Positions 10,168 through 20,509 of a stretch of DNA of 64,000 bases are shown in pieces. The first letter of the stretch is position 1. Each line of letters starts with the position of its first letter. The position numbers and the translations under genes are program-made. The stretch comes from an uncultured Candidatus Rokubacteria bacterium (GTDB lineage Bacteria; Methylomirabilota; Methylomirabilia; Rokubacteriales; CSP1-6): the NCBI GenBank assembly GCA_963754315.1, contig CAVWFS010000009.1, forward strand, positions 97,168-161,167, given 5' to 3'. The notes beneath the pieces are model-generated. The model had not been told where the DNA came from, ran no database searches, and was given only the letters and a program-made list of their open reading frames with translations.

Positions 10168-11235
10168 TCATGCGAGGAGTTCTTCACAGCCGAGGTCGTC
10201 GAACGCCTGCAGGATGCGCTCGAGGTGACTCCACCAGATCCACGGTCCGAGCTTCAGCGCGCTTTGCCAGACGGGCACGCCGAGCTGCCAGACGACGGAG
10301 AGGCGGTAGTCTTCCCACAGCGCCTCGAAGCGGTAGCCGCTCACCCCGTTCGCTTCCAGAGCCTCGTGATACCGCCGCAGCAGCGGCGTCTCCAGGCGCC
10401 GCCGTCGCTCGGGGTACCAGTGCACGGCCATCATGTAGGCGAGGTCTTCGGCGGCAAGATCGAGCCTCCACCCGTCCCAGTCGATCAGGCGAAGGCCATC
10501 GGCGGTCGTGTCTCGCGGATACATCAGATTCCACACGTGCGCGTCCCCATGGACGACCGTGAGGTGTTCGCGCGAGCGATAGCGCGACATCAGCGCCCAC
10601 GCCGATCCGATGGCGCGCTCGTAGATTCGCCGGCGCGCCATCGGGAGTCGGTCCCCGAGCCGGTCCGCGAACGCGACAAATCGCTTCTCGTAGTTCTCCA
10701 GCCACCGGGCGACGGTCGCCTCGTCCATGAACGTCCCGACCTCGACGCCGAGCCGGGGGTCGTTCCACCACGCGGCATGGAATCGGGCGTAGGTATCGAT
10801 GATCCGCTCGCACTGCTCGGTGGTCGGGGGCAGCGGCCACTCGGTGACCACGACGTGCGTCTCGGCAAGGTCTTCGAGCATGAGGTGAAAGGTGTTCGCC
10901 GCCTGATCGCGGGCGGCATCGTAACAGAGGGGGACGATCCCAGGACGCATCAAAGGGGCCACCGTTTCGTAGAACGCGACTTCCTTCAGCACGCCGGCGG
11001 CCAGCTCGGGGCTGTGATCGGGGCGCGATGCCTTGAAAAAGAGCCGGGCGGGCGGATGCGCCTCGGCGTCGGGCGAGTATTCGAGGCTGAGCCGGGCGAT
11101 GGCCGAGATGAGCGTCGTCCGCGATGACTCGATGGCGATTCGTTCGACCCGGCCACGCGGAAGGTGGCCTTGTCGCCGAAGGACCGCGGTCAGGCGGTCA
11201 GGCGTCAGCCCGTCGAGGACGAGGACATCACTCAC
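10168..11235 (-). CDS. APH/EcKL-family phosphotransferase
   Basis: KEVAFY, HLMLEDL, HGDAHVWN and LIDWD kinase motifs. Confidence 0.88.
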   Translation of the reverse strand: MSDVLVLDGLTPDRLTAVLRRQGHLPRGRVERIAIESSRTTLISAIARLSLEYSPDAEAHPPARLFFKASRPDHSPELAAGVLKEVAFYETVAPLMRPGIVPLCYDAARDQAANTFHLMLEDLAETHVVVTEWPLPPTTEQCERIIDTYARFHAAWWNDPRLGVEVGTFMDEATVARWLENYEKRFVAFADRLGDRLPMARRRIYERAIGSAWALMSRYRSREHLTVVHGDAHVWNLMYPRDTTADGLRLIDWDGWRLDLAAEDLAYMMAVHWYPERRRRLETPLLRRYHEALEANGVSGYRFEALWEDYRLSVVWQLGVPVWQSALKLGPWIWWSHLERILQAFDDLGCEELLA

Positions 11236-11481
11236 CGTAGCAGCACCGCTCGGCGGAGTCAGGCTCTCGTAGCATCGGGTTGCGCGACAAGCGGTATCAT
11301 CCTCCACGTCACATACGATTCACGCAGTCTAGCGTAAAGGTCGACGGACCTGCGCGTCGTGTCGCCAGCCCGTACCCTTCGCAAGCCCTGCTTGCGCCAT
11401 CGACTGCTACACTCGTCACCCGGGGAGGGTGACGAGGGCGGCCGTCAGCAGCGCACCATATCCGCGGGGAGGACGAGTCCG

Positions 11482-11892
11482 ATGGACATTGCCGCCGCAC
11501 AGCAGTTTCTGCGTGAGAACAGAAATGCCGTCCTTGCTACCTGGCGGCGCGATGGCCGCCTGCAAATGTCCCCGGTCACGGTCGGACTGGATGGGACGGG
11601 GCGGGCAATCCTGAGCAGTCGGGAAACCGCCTATAAAGTGCGTAATCTGCGCCGTGATCCGCGCGCCGCGCTGTGCGTCTTCGTCAAGGCTTTTTTCGGC
11701 CCGTGGGTCCAGATCGAGGGAACCGCCGAGGTCGTGACCTTGCCCGAAGCGATGGAGCCGCTCGTGGACTACTATCGCTGTCTGGCCGGCGAGCATCCCG
11801 ATTGGGACGACTATCGCCGAGCGATGACGGCCGACCGCCGGGCGCTCATCCGCATCACAATTGAGCGTGCAGGTCCGGAACGTCAGGGCTAA
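11482..11892 (+). CDS. PPOX-class F420-dependent oxidoreductase
   Basis: AVLATWRRDGRLQMSPV..KVRNLRRDPR..GEHPDWDDYRRAM. Confidence 0.88.
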   Translation: MDIAAAQQFLRENRNAVLATWRRDGRLQMSPVTVGLDGTGRAILSSRETAYKVRNLRRDPRAALCVFVKAFFGPWVQIEGTAEVVTLPEAMEPLVDYYRCLAGEHPDWDDYRRAMTADRRALIRITIERAGPERQG

Positions 11893-11915
11893 GAGAACCG
11901 CGGGGGGGGGACGCC

Positions 11916-12974
11916 ATGGACCGTCGAGATGCGGTAGGTACAATCGGCCGGATGCTCACGGCATTGCTCGTGGGGCTGACCCTCGTCTGGTTCCCCGGAT
12001 TCGCCCGTGCTCAGGGCATCGCTGACGTGGGCGCCGTCTTCGAGAAGGTGAATCCCTCAGTCGTTGTCATTAGGGCCAAAGGCCGCGAGGTGACGGGAAC
12101 GGGACTGGTTGGCTTTACCGAGGTCGGCTCCGGGGTCCTCATCTCGGCGGACGGAAAGGTCATGACCGCGGCGCATGTCACCCAGTCCCTGGATGACGTC
12201 ACTGTCGAGTTCATCGGCGGCGAGACGGTTCGCGCGCGGACCGTAGCGGAGGAGCCAGCTGCGGACCTGGAGCTGCTTCAGCTGGAGCGCGTCCCGGCGG
12301 GAGCGAAGGTGGCAACCTTGGGCGACTCGAACACGGTGCGGGTTGGCGACCCCGTCCTCATCGTCGGGGCACCCTACGGACTGAGCCATGCGATGAGCGC
12401 AGGCTGGGTCAGCGCCCGCTGGCCTGCCAATAGCGTCTATCGGGCCATGCCGCTGGCGGAGTTTCTCCAGACGAATGCCACCATCAACACGGGGAATTCG
12501 GGCGGCCCCATGTTCAACATGAAGGGCGAGGTCATCGGGATCGTCAGTCACAACATCTCCAAGGGCGGCGGCAGCGAAGGCCTGGGCTTCGTGGTATCCA
12601 TCAATACGGCGAAGCAGCTCCTCTTGGAGCGCCCCTCGTTCTGGAGTGGGCTGGACGGGCGCCTGATCTCGGGGTCCATCGCGCAGATCCTCAATGTCCC
12701 CCAACCGATTGGATATCTCGTCAAGAGCGTCGCCAAGGGCTCACCCGCCGACGCGGTGGGCCTCCGAGGGGGAGCCGCGCTCGCGACCATCATGGGCGAG
12801 CAGCTCGTCGTGGGCGGGGACATCATCCTGAAGGTTCAAGGCATTCCCATCGGCGATGCTGCCGATCACCGGCGAGTGCGCGATATTCTGGCCGCGGTGC
12901 CCCCGGGGGCCGAGTTCGTGATGACGGTCCTCCGTCTGGGCCAGGTCGTCGAACTGAAGGGACGCCACCCGTGA
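11916..12974 (+). CDS. HtrA/DegP-like trypsin serine protease with PDZ domain
   Basis: TAAHV, ADL and INTGNSGGP catalytic triad; GSPA..GL..GDIILKV PDZ. Confidence 0.92.
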   Translation: MDRRDAVGTIGRMLTALLVGLTLVWFPGFARAQGIADVGAVFEKVNPSVVVIRAKGREVTGTGLVGFTEVGSGVLISADGKVMTAAHVTQSLDDVTVEFIGGETVRARTVAEEPAADLELLQLERVPAGAKVATLGDSNTVRVGDPVLIVGAPYGLSHAMSAGWVSARWPANSVYRAMPLAEFLQTNATINTGNSGGPMFNMKGEVIGIVSHNISKGGGSEGLGFVVSINTAKQLLLERPSFWSGLDGRLISGSIAQILNVPQPIGYLVKSVAKGSPADAVGLRGGAALATIMGEQLVVGGDIILKVQGIPIGDAADHRRVRDILAAVPPGAEFVMTVLRLGQVVELKGRHP

Positions 12975-13020
12975 CCGCGTGGAACCGCGGAGGAGTTCCT
13001 CACTGGAGGGAATACGAGTC

Positions 13021-13959
13021 ATGACTGAATCGTCGATCGCGGATCGTGTGACCCACGAAGAGCACGCGCGGGCTGCCGTCACCCAGCTCGAGATCGACCA
13101 GCGCGTCTTCGACCTCTACGACGAGTACTGTCACGGACGCATCGACCGGCGCGAGTTCCTGCAGCGGGCCGGGGTCCTGACGGTCGGGGGCGTCTCGGCG
13201 CTGGCCATGGCCCAGGCGCTGTTGCCGCGCTATGCGCAGGCCCAGACCATCTCCTTCACCGACCCGCGGATCAAGGCGCAGTACGTGTCGTATCCGTCAC
13301 CCGGCGGCAACTCCGGCACCATGCGTGGCTATCTCGTGCGCCCGACGGGCCCGGGCCCCTTCGCCGGCGTGCTGGTGATCCACGAGAACCGCGGGCTCAA
13401 TCCGTATATCGAGGACGTGGCGCGCCGGGCGGCGGCGGAGGGATTCCTGGCCCTCGCCCCCGACGGTCTATCGCCGGCGGGTGGGTATCCGGGCAACGAC
13501 GACGACGGCCGCGCCCTGCAGGCGAGTCTTGACCAGGGGAAGCTGCGCACCGACATGGTCAACAGCGCGCGCTTCCTGAAGGCGCACGCCCTGTCCAACG
13601 GCAAGCTTGGCGTCACGGGATTCTGCTGGGGCGGCAGTACCACGAACTTCCTGGCGATCACCCTCGGCCCCGATCTGCAGGCGGGCGTGCCGTTCTACGG
13701 TGCCGCCGCCGAGACGACGGCCGTGCCGAAGATCAAGGCGCCCCTGCTGATTCACTACGCGGAGAACGACGAGCGCATCAACGCGCTGTGGCCGGCCTTC
13801 GAGGCGGCGCTGAAGTCGAGCGGCGTTTCCTACCAGATGCACATGTATCCGGGGACCCAGCACGGCTTTCACAACAATTCGACGCCGCGCTACAACGAAG
13901 TGGCGGCCAAGCTGGCCTGGGAGCGAACGATCATGTTCTTCAAGACGAATCTGGCCTGA
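13021..13959 (+). CDS. dienelactone hydrolase family protein (YghX-like)
   Basis: FDLYDEYCHG.IDRREF, HENRGLNP, GFCWGG, HGFHNNSTPRY. Confidence 0.92.
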   Translation: MTESSIADRVTHEEHARAAVTQLEIDQRVFDLYDEYCHGRIDRREFLQRAGVLTVGGVSALAMAQALLPRYAQAQTISFTDPRIKAQYVSYPSPGGNSGTMRGYLVRPTGPGPFAGVLVIHENRGLNPYIEDVARRAAAEGFLALAPDGLSPAGGYPGNDDDGRALQASLDQGKLRTDMVNSARFLKAHALSNGKLGVTGFCWGGSTTNFLAITLGPDLQAGVPFYGAAAETTAVPKIKAPLLIHYAENDERINALWPAFEAALKSSGVSYQMHMYPGTQHGFHNNSTPRYNEVAAKLAWERTIMFFKTNLA

Positions 13960-13988
13960 GGGGGATTTTCGCGACGACGACGGGCCCA

Positions 13989-15258
13989 GTGACTGAGCCT
14001 GACCCGCGCGGTACTCGCGCACGTCGACCGGCGGGAGCTGGTCGACCTCGCCGGTGCTCTCATCCGTATCCCGAGCTTCAAGACGGAAGAGACTCCGGTC
14101 GCGCTCTTTCTCGAGGAGTTCTTCCGCCAGCGCGGCTACGACGTCGACCTTCAAGAGATCGAGCCCGGGCGATTTCAGACGATTGCCGTCCTGCGTGGCA
14201 CGGGCGGTGGCGCCAGCCTGATGCTCAACGGCCACACCGACATCAACGCGCTCACCCTGCGCTGGCGGCGCGATCCGTGGGTGCCCAGCCTCGAAGGCGA
14301 TCGGCTCTACGGCCACGGGGTGCAGAACATGAAGGGAGGTCTGGCCAGCATCATCATGGCGGCCGAGGCCGTCCGGCGATCCAGTGTGCGCCTGGCGGGC
14401 GATCTCGTGGTGGCCTGCGTGGCGGGCGAGACGCAGGGCGGCGAGGGCACGCACTACCTGATGGAGCGAGGCTTTCGGACCGATGCGGCGGTGGTGGCGG
14501 AGCCCTTCGGCGCCGACCACCTCGTCACCGTGCATTCGGGGATCGTGCACATGGCCATCCATACGTACGGGGTGACGGGGCATATCGGGCGGCTTGAGGG
14601 CACGGTGAACGCAGTCCACACGATGACGGCGGTCATCGACGCGCTGCAACGTGTGCAATTCCGCCACCCGCCGCGCCCCGATCTGCCTGCCTTTCCGCGG
14701 CTCAACATCGGCAGTATCCTCGGCGGGCGCGGCCGCGACTACGTGCTGGTGGAGCCGCCCTACGTGCCCGACCTCTGCACGATCATCGTGGATGTCCACT
14801 TCGTGCCGGGCCAGACGGTCGAGGGCATCGTCGCCGACATTCGGCGTGTGCTCGACCCGCTCGCCGCCCGCGATCGGACCTTACGCTATGAGATCGAGAT
14901 CCCGCCCCCCGCCCATTTCAGAGGGCGGCGCCGGCTCGTGATGGATCCTTTTGATATGCCCATCGACGCGCCCATCGTGCAGGCGGTGGCCAGGAGCTAT
15001 CGAGCCGTGACCGGAGAGGAGCCGAGGGCCATCGGCACCGTGCTGCCGCACTCGTACAGCGCCGACGACACCTGCCACCTCTGGAAGGCCGGGATCCCGT
15101 GCCTCCTGTACGGGCCCGGCGTCATCCGCGGCAGCGAGGACGAGGACGACGCCTGCGTCCTCGTGAGCGAGATGGAGAGGGTCACGCGCGTGCTGGCCGT
15201 GACCGCCCTCGATGTCTGCCAGCGCAAGCCCGTGGAGCTGGCTCTCGGGCCCCGCTGA
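13989..15258 (+). CDS. M20/ArgE-DapE family metallopeptidase or deacylase
   Basis: LMLNGHTD, GDRLYGHG..NMKGG, GETQGG, VVAEP; coding frame extends upstream to 13993, probable frameshift at the start. Confidence 0.85.
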
Positions 15259-15281
15259 GAGGAAAGGGCGCGTCGACGCCC

Positions 15282-16697
15282 TCAGGACTCCCGTGCCCAC
15301 AGGGTCTTGGTCAGCACGCCGACGTGGTTCTCGACCACCTGCATCGCGTCGAGGATCAGATCCTCGCGGAACCGGCGGCTCACGATCTGGATTCCGGCGG
15401 GTAGGCCCTCGACCAGGCCGATCGGCACCACACCCGCCGGCAACCCGAGGTAGTTGACGCCATAGCTGTAGATGGCGGCGTCGAAGAGATCCTTGGTCTG
15501 TTCGTATCCTTGGGCGTCGTAGTTCCACGGGAACGTGGGCCGCATGAGGAACGGCGTGAGGACGAGGGGGTGCCGCTCGAGGAACACGTTCCACTGGCGG
15601 GTCATGCGCGTTCGCTCGGCGATGCCCAGCATGTAGCCGGAGGCATCCACCGCGTTCGCCATCTTCTCGTACCAGCCGAAGATCTCCTGGATCGTGCGGC
15701 TGCCGTGCTGGTGCGCCTGGGGAAAGAGCAGCGCCTTCATCTCCGCCACCGCCACCTGAAACCATGCCCGCGCCGGTTCGGTGATGGGCGGCGGTTCGAT
15801 CTCTTCCACGGCGTAGCCCGCTCCGGTGAGCCAGCCGGCCACGCGCTCCAGCGCCTGGCCGATCTCCGGGTGCATCGGGTACCCATGGGCATTCCTGGTC
15901 AAGGCGACGCGAAGGGGCGCCGGAAGGGGCTCGCCATCGAAGGGCACGGGCGCCCACCACGGATCGCGGGCGTCACCTTGCGCCATGATCCGCGTGGCCA
16001 GGCGCACATCGCGGACCTCTCGACAGATGGCGCCCTGGACCGACATGAGCTGCGCGAGCATTCCGCGCTCGGCGGTGGCCGAGGGGTTGTAGGCGGGGAT
16101 GCGGCCGGGAGTCGGCTTCACCGTGGCCACGCCGCAGGCAAACGCGGGGAAGCGGAGCGAGCCGCCGATGTCGTTGCCGTGGTGGATGGGTCCGAAGCCC
16201 GCTGCGGCCGCCGCCCCCGCTCCGCCGGACGAGCCGCCCGGAGAGGCGTCCGGATGCCACGGACTCCGGGTTCGGCCGTGCAGCGGATTGTCGGTGGTGG
16301 CCCGCATCGACAGCTCCGGCGTGTTGGTGCGGCCCACGATAATCGCCCCGGCCTTGCGCAGATTGCGGACGAGCGGCGCGTCGTCGGGCGCGATGACGCC
16401 GGCGAAGGCCGGCACGCCGTTCGGCGTCGGCTTGCCCTGCTGATCGACATTCTCCTTGATGGTGACGGGGATGCCGTGAAGCGGGCCACGTCACGGCGCC
16501 GCCCGCCAGCTCCCCATCAGCCCGCCGGGCTGCGGCCAGGGCCTCTTCGGTGTAGTCGAAGACGATTGCGTTGAGCTCCCCGTTCCGGGCGCGGATGCGC
16601 CCGACCACGGAGTCCATCACCTCGAGGCACGAGTACGTACGCTGCCGAATGCCCTCGGCCAGCTCACAGGCGCTCGTTGCCACAGATCGTTTGCCAT
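15282..16697 (-). CDS. amidase (AS family), frameshifted
   Basis: PGGSSGG, GNDIGGSLRFPA; N-terminus MANDLWQR.. lies in other frames (shifts near 16680 and 16490). Confidence 0.88.
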
Positions 16698-16838
16698 CGT
16701 CTCCTCCCATGCGCGTCGATCGCGCGATCCCTGCCGCTCGTGAGCGCAGGCCGACAATATCGCAGGTTCTGCGGTGTTCCGCCCGAGACCCTTGACGGCG
16801 GCCGGGGGGCCGAGCGAGGCTCGTCCCCGGAGGCATCC

Positions 16839-18042
16839 ATGGCGATGACGAAAGCTCTGAACGGTATCCGGATCGTCGATCTGAGCCAGTACGAAGCCGG
16901 CCCCTCGTGCACGCAGTTGCTCGCCTGGCTGGGGGCCGAGGTCATCAAGGTGGAGCCCCTGGCCGGCGAGGCCAACCGGATCGGGCTCACCGACAGGCCC
17001 GGCGTCGATAGCTGGGGCTTCCTCTTCTTCAACGCCAACAAGAAGAGCCTCACCCTCAACCTGAAGCACTCGCGCGGGCGTGCCGTGCTCGACGATCTGC
17101 TGCGCCGTGCCGACGTGGTCGTCGAGAACTTCGGCCCCGGAACCATGGAGCGGCTCGGGCTCGGGTGGGAGGCGCTGCACGCGCTGAATCCCCGGCTCAT
17201 CGCCGCGTCCATCAAGGGGTTCGGCTCGAGCGGACCCTACGCGGGCTACAAGAGCTTCGAGTTCGTGGCCCAGGCGATGGCCGGGGTGATGAGCCTCAAT
17301 GGCGAGGCGGACGGAGGGCCCCTCAAGGTGCCCGCCGGGCTCGGCGATACCGGGGCCGGTCTTCACCTCGCCGTCGGCATCCTGGCCGCCATCATCCACC
17401 GCCAGGGCACGGGCCTGGGGCAGCAGGTGGAGGTCGCCCAGCAGGACGCGGTGGCCAACCTCACCCGCGTCCACATCCGCGAGCAGTACATGAACGGCGA
17501 GCCAGTGGCCCGCCGGGGCAATCGACAATTTGGCAATGCGCCAGTCAACGCCTACCGCTGCCGGCCCGGTGGCCCCAACGACTATCTGTTCGTCCACGGC
17601 GTGATCCCCGACATGTTCCAGGCCATCATGCGCACCATCGGCCACCCCGACCTGGCCGACGATCCGTCACTGCAGACCCGATCCGGCCGCTTCGCCCGCG
17701 TGGACGAGATCGACGGGCTCATCGAGGCGTGGACCCAGAAGCACACCAAGTTCGAGGCCATGGAGATCCTGGCCGGCGCCGGCGTCGCGTGCGGGGCCGT
17801 GCTCGACTCGGCCGAGGTGCTCTCGAACGAGCACCTGAGATCGCGCGGGATGGTGGTGGATCTCGAGCACCCCGAGCGCGGCCGCTTTCCCCATGCTGGG
17901 CAACCCGGTGCGCCTGTCGGCTTCCCCTACCGAGGTCCACCGCGCCCCGCTGCTGGGCGAGCACACGGCGGAGGTGCTGGCCGGTCTGCTCGGGCTTTCC
18001 CCCGAGGAGGTGGCGCACCTCAAGCGGGACGGCGCGGCCTGA
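16839..18042 (+). CDS. family III CoA-transferase (CaiB/BaiF/Frc-like), frameshift near 17890
   Basis: IRIVDLSQYEAGP..LGAEVIKVEP, NANKKSLTLNLK, VVVENFGPG; C-terminal APLLGEHT in another frame. Confidence 0.9.
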
Positions 18043-18050
18043 CGAGGCTC

Positions 18051-18938
18051 TCAGAGCGGCGGTAAGTGCATCCGGTACCAATCGACGGTGGCGCGCATGA
18101 CCTCGCTGAAGGCGGGCTCGGCGTAGACCTCGTAGTGGCCGTATCCGTGCAGCATGACCAGCTTCTTGGGCTCACCCGCCCGCGCATGGAGGCGGATTGA
18201 TTCCTCGGGAGGAACGAGCCGGTCGTCGTCCGTGGTGATAAAGAGGATGGGGCGAGGGGCGATCTTGTCGACGACCCATTCGGGATTGAACCCGAGCGTG
18301 TCGTCCACGTACTCGAGCGGAATGGTGCCCACGGCGGCCGGGTTGGCCCGCCGCGCGACGGCGGCCAGCTCGGCGGATTGACGATCCGGCAGGAGAATTT
18401 CCTCGCGTTTCACGAACTCCGACTGCCCCTCCATGACGCGTGTGGTCCGGTCGCGGCTCGCACGCTCCAGGAGGTCGTGCCACTCGTCGGGCCGTCGCAC
18501 GCTCCGCATCCAGCGGGCTCCGTGCCCGATACCCACGACACTGACCGTGCACTTCACGCGGGTGTCGATGGCCGCCACCCACACCACGGTGGCACCGCCA
18601 TAGCTCGTACCGTAGATCCCGAGGCGCTCGGGACTCACCTCGGGCAGGGTGCCGATGAAGGTCAGCGCCGCCTGCACATCGGCGACGCGACTGTACGGTG
18701 CCAGCCGGCTGCGGGCGCCTTCGCTCGTCCCCCAGCCCTTGTAGTCGAAGGTCATGGCGACATAGCCGGCCTCGTTGAGGACGCGGGCGTTGTCGGGCAG
18801 GTATAGATCCTTGACGCCGGTGTAACCGTGGCACAGCACGACACCGGCCCGCCGTTCGCCAGGTTTCCACGTGTCAGGCACGTAGACGTCACCGGCGAGC
18901 CGGAGACCTTCGCTGAAGAAGCTGACCGTTCGCTTCAC
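18051..18938 (-). CDS. alpha/beta hydrolase
   Basis: LCHGYTG, FDYKGWGTSEG, GTSYGG nucleophile, DDRLVP, GHYEVY. Confidence 0.88.
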   Translation of the reverse strand: MKRTVSFFSEGLRLAGDVYVPDTWKPGERRAGVVLCHGYTGVKDLYLPDNARVLNEAGYVAMTFDYKGWGTSEGARSRLAPYSRVADVQAALTFIGTLPEVSPERLGIYGTSYGGATVVWVAAIDTRVKCTVSVVGIGHGARWMRSVRRPDEWHDLLERASRDRTTRVMEGQSEFVKREEILLPDRQSAELAAVARRANPAAVGTIPLEYVDDTLGFNPEWVVDKIAPRPILFITTDDDRLVPPEESIRLHARAGEPKKLVMLHGYGHYEVYAEPAFSEVMRATVDWYRMHLPPL

Positions 18939-19138
18939 GATGCTTGCCTCCTTCCGCACGCCGCACCGGCCGGGCCGCTCTCGGGCATGGATTCATCACA
19001 ACGCTACCACGCGCAGCCGGCAGCGCGTTGCGCCCCCTGGCCGCGACCACCGAGCCCGTTGCCGTCGACCCATCCCCCACCGCGCAGCCCGCTTGCCCGG
19101 TGGCGAGGGCTCGGCTATCGTGCTGACGGGAACCCGGC

Positions 19139-19513
19139 ATGGAGCTCAACCCTAAGCGTTACGCCGATACGGTGGTCCTCTCTCCGGCGGGGCGGATCGA
19201 TCACGCCACCGCCGAGGCCTTCAAGAACGCCCTGACCAGTCATCTCACCCGATGCGCGGCGGGGCAGGACAAGCTCGTTCTCGACTTCGCGGATATCGAG
19301 TACATCAGCAGCGCCGGTCTGCGTGTGATCATGCTGGCCGGCAAACAGGCCAAGCACCAAGGCGGGACCTTGGTGCTGGCCGCACTCCGTCCGGTCGTGG
19401 CCGAGATCATCGAGATCAGCCGCTTTCATCTGATCTTCCGGGTACACGCGTCGGTGCGGGAGGCTCTGGAACGCATCTCGCCGCCGGCGCTGGCCGCCTA
19501 CGACACGACCTGA
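19139..19513 (+). CDS. STAS-domain anti-sigma factor antagonist (RsbV/SpoIIAA-like)
   Basis: GRIDH, LVLDFADIEYISSAGLRV with the phosphorylatable Ser. Confidence 0.92.
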   Translation: MELNPKRYADTVVLSPAGRIDHATAEAFKNALTSHLTRCAAGQDKLVLDFADIEYISSAGLRVIMLAGKQAKHQGGTLVLAALRPVVAEIIEISRFHLIFRVHASVREALERISPPALAAYDTT

Positions 19514-19520
19514 GGCGCGC

Positions 19521-20480
19521 ATGCGCATTCGCTTCTGGGGGACCCGCGGGTCGCTTCCGGTCGGCATGACAGCGGCCGCGGTCCGCGGGAAGGTCGTCGC
19601 GGCACTGACGGCCGTGCGTGGCCATCGGCTCGACACCCCCGAGGCCATCGAGCGCTTCGTCGACGACGAACTGGCGTTCGCAGTGGCCGGCACGTTCGGC
19701 GGCGACACGTCCTGCGTGGAGATTCGCGCCGGGACCCGCGAGCACGTGCTGTGCGATCTTGGGAGTGGGGCGCGCGCCTTCGGGAATCACGTGCTCGCCC
19801 GGGACGGGGCACGCACGCCCAACACCTTTCACATCTTCATGTCCCACGTCCACTGGGACCACATCATGGGCTTCCCCTTCTTCATGCCCGCGTACCTGCC
19901 GGGCAATCGCGTCCGCATCTATGGCTGTCATCCGTTTCTCGAAGACGTTTTTCGGCGACAAAACGCAGCCCCCTGCTTCCCGGTCGACTTCGCGCGGATG
20001 GGTGCCGACATCCAGTTCATCACTCTGGAGCCGGACCGTGACTACCACGTGGCCGGCCTCCGGGTGCGGGCAAAGCGCCAGCGACACTCGGGGGACTCGT
20101 ACGGCTATCGCATGGAAGGCGGTGGCCAGACGGTGGTCTACTCGACGGACTCGGAGCACAAGATGGACGATCCGGCCGAGGCGGCCGGCTTCGTCGATTT
20201 CTTCCGCGACGCCGACCTGGTGATCTTCGACTCCATGTATTCGCTGGCCGACGCGGTCTCCGTGAAGGAGGATTGGGGGCATTCCAGCAACGTGGTCGGG
20301 GTGGAGCTGTGCCAGATGGCGCGCGCAAAGCACCTCTGTCTGTTCCACCACGAGCCGGTCTTCGACGACACGATGATCGCCCAGGTCCTGCAGGAGACGC
20401 GACGGCTCGAGGAAATCACACGCGGTGACCACCAGCTCCGTATCTCGGTAGCCTACGACGGGATGGAGATCACGCTCTGA
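19521..20480 (+). CDS. MBL-fold metallohydrolase (RNase Z-like, possible phosphodiesterase)
   Basis: MRIRFWGTRGS, GGDTSCVE, SHVHWDHIMGFPFF, TDSEH, WGHS, LFHHEP. Confidence 0.9.
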   Translation: MRIRFWGTRGSLPVGMTAAAVRGKVVAALTAVRGHRLDTPEAIERFVDDELAFAVAGTFGGDTSCVEIRAGTREHVLCDLGSGARAFGNHVLARDGARTPNTFHIFMSHVHWDHIMGFPFFMPAYLPGNRVRIYGCHPFLEDVFRRQNAAPCFPVDFARMGADIQFITLEPDRDYHVAGLRVRAKRQRHSGDSYGYRMEGGGQTVVYSTDSEHKMDDPAEAAGFVDFFRDADLVIFDSMYSLADAVSVKEDWGHSSNVVGVELCQMARAKHLCLFHHEPVFDDTMIAQVLQETRRLEEITRGDHQLRISVAYDGMEITL

Positions 20481-20509
20481 TCCGAAGGCGCTGGTGGCTG
20501 GGCGGGCTG

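Noticed and set aside
12979..18959. Hydrolase, amidase and CoA-transferase run as one novel pathway
   Set aside because: Mixed orientations, common families and no shared transporter or regulator; no evidence of a single pathway
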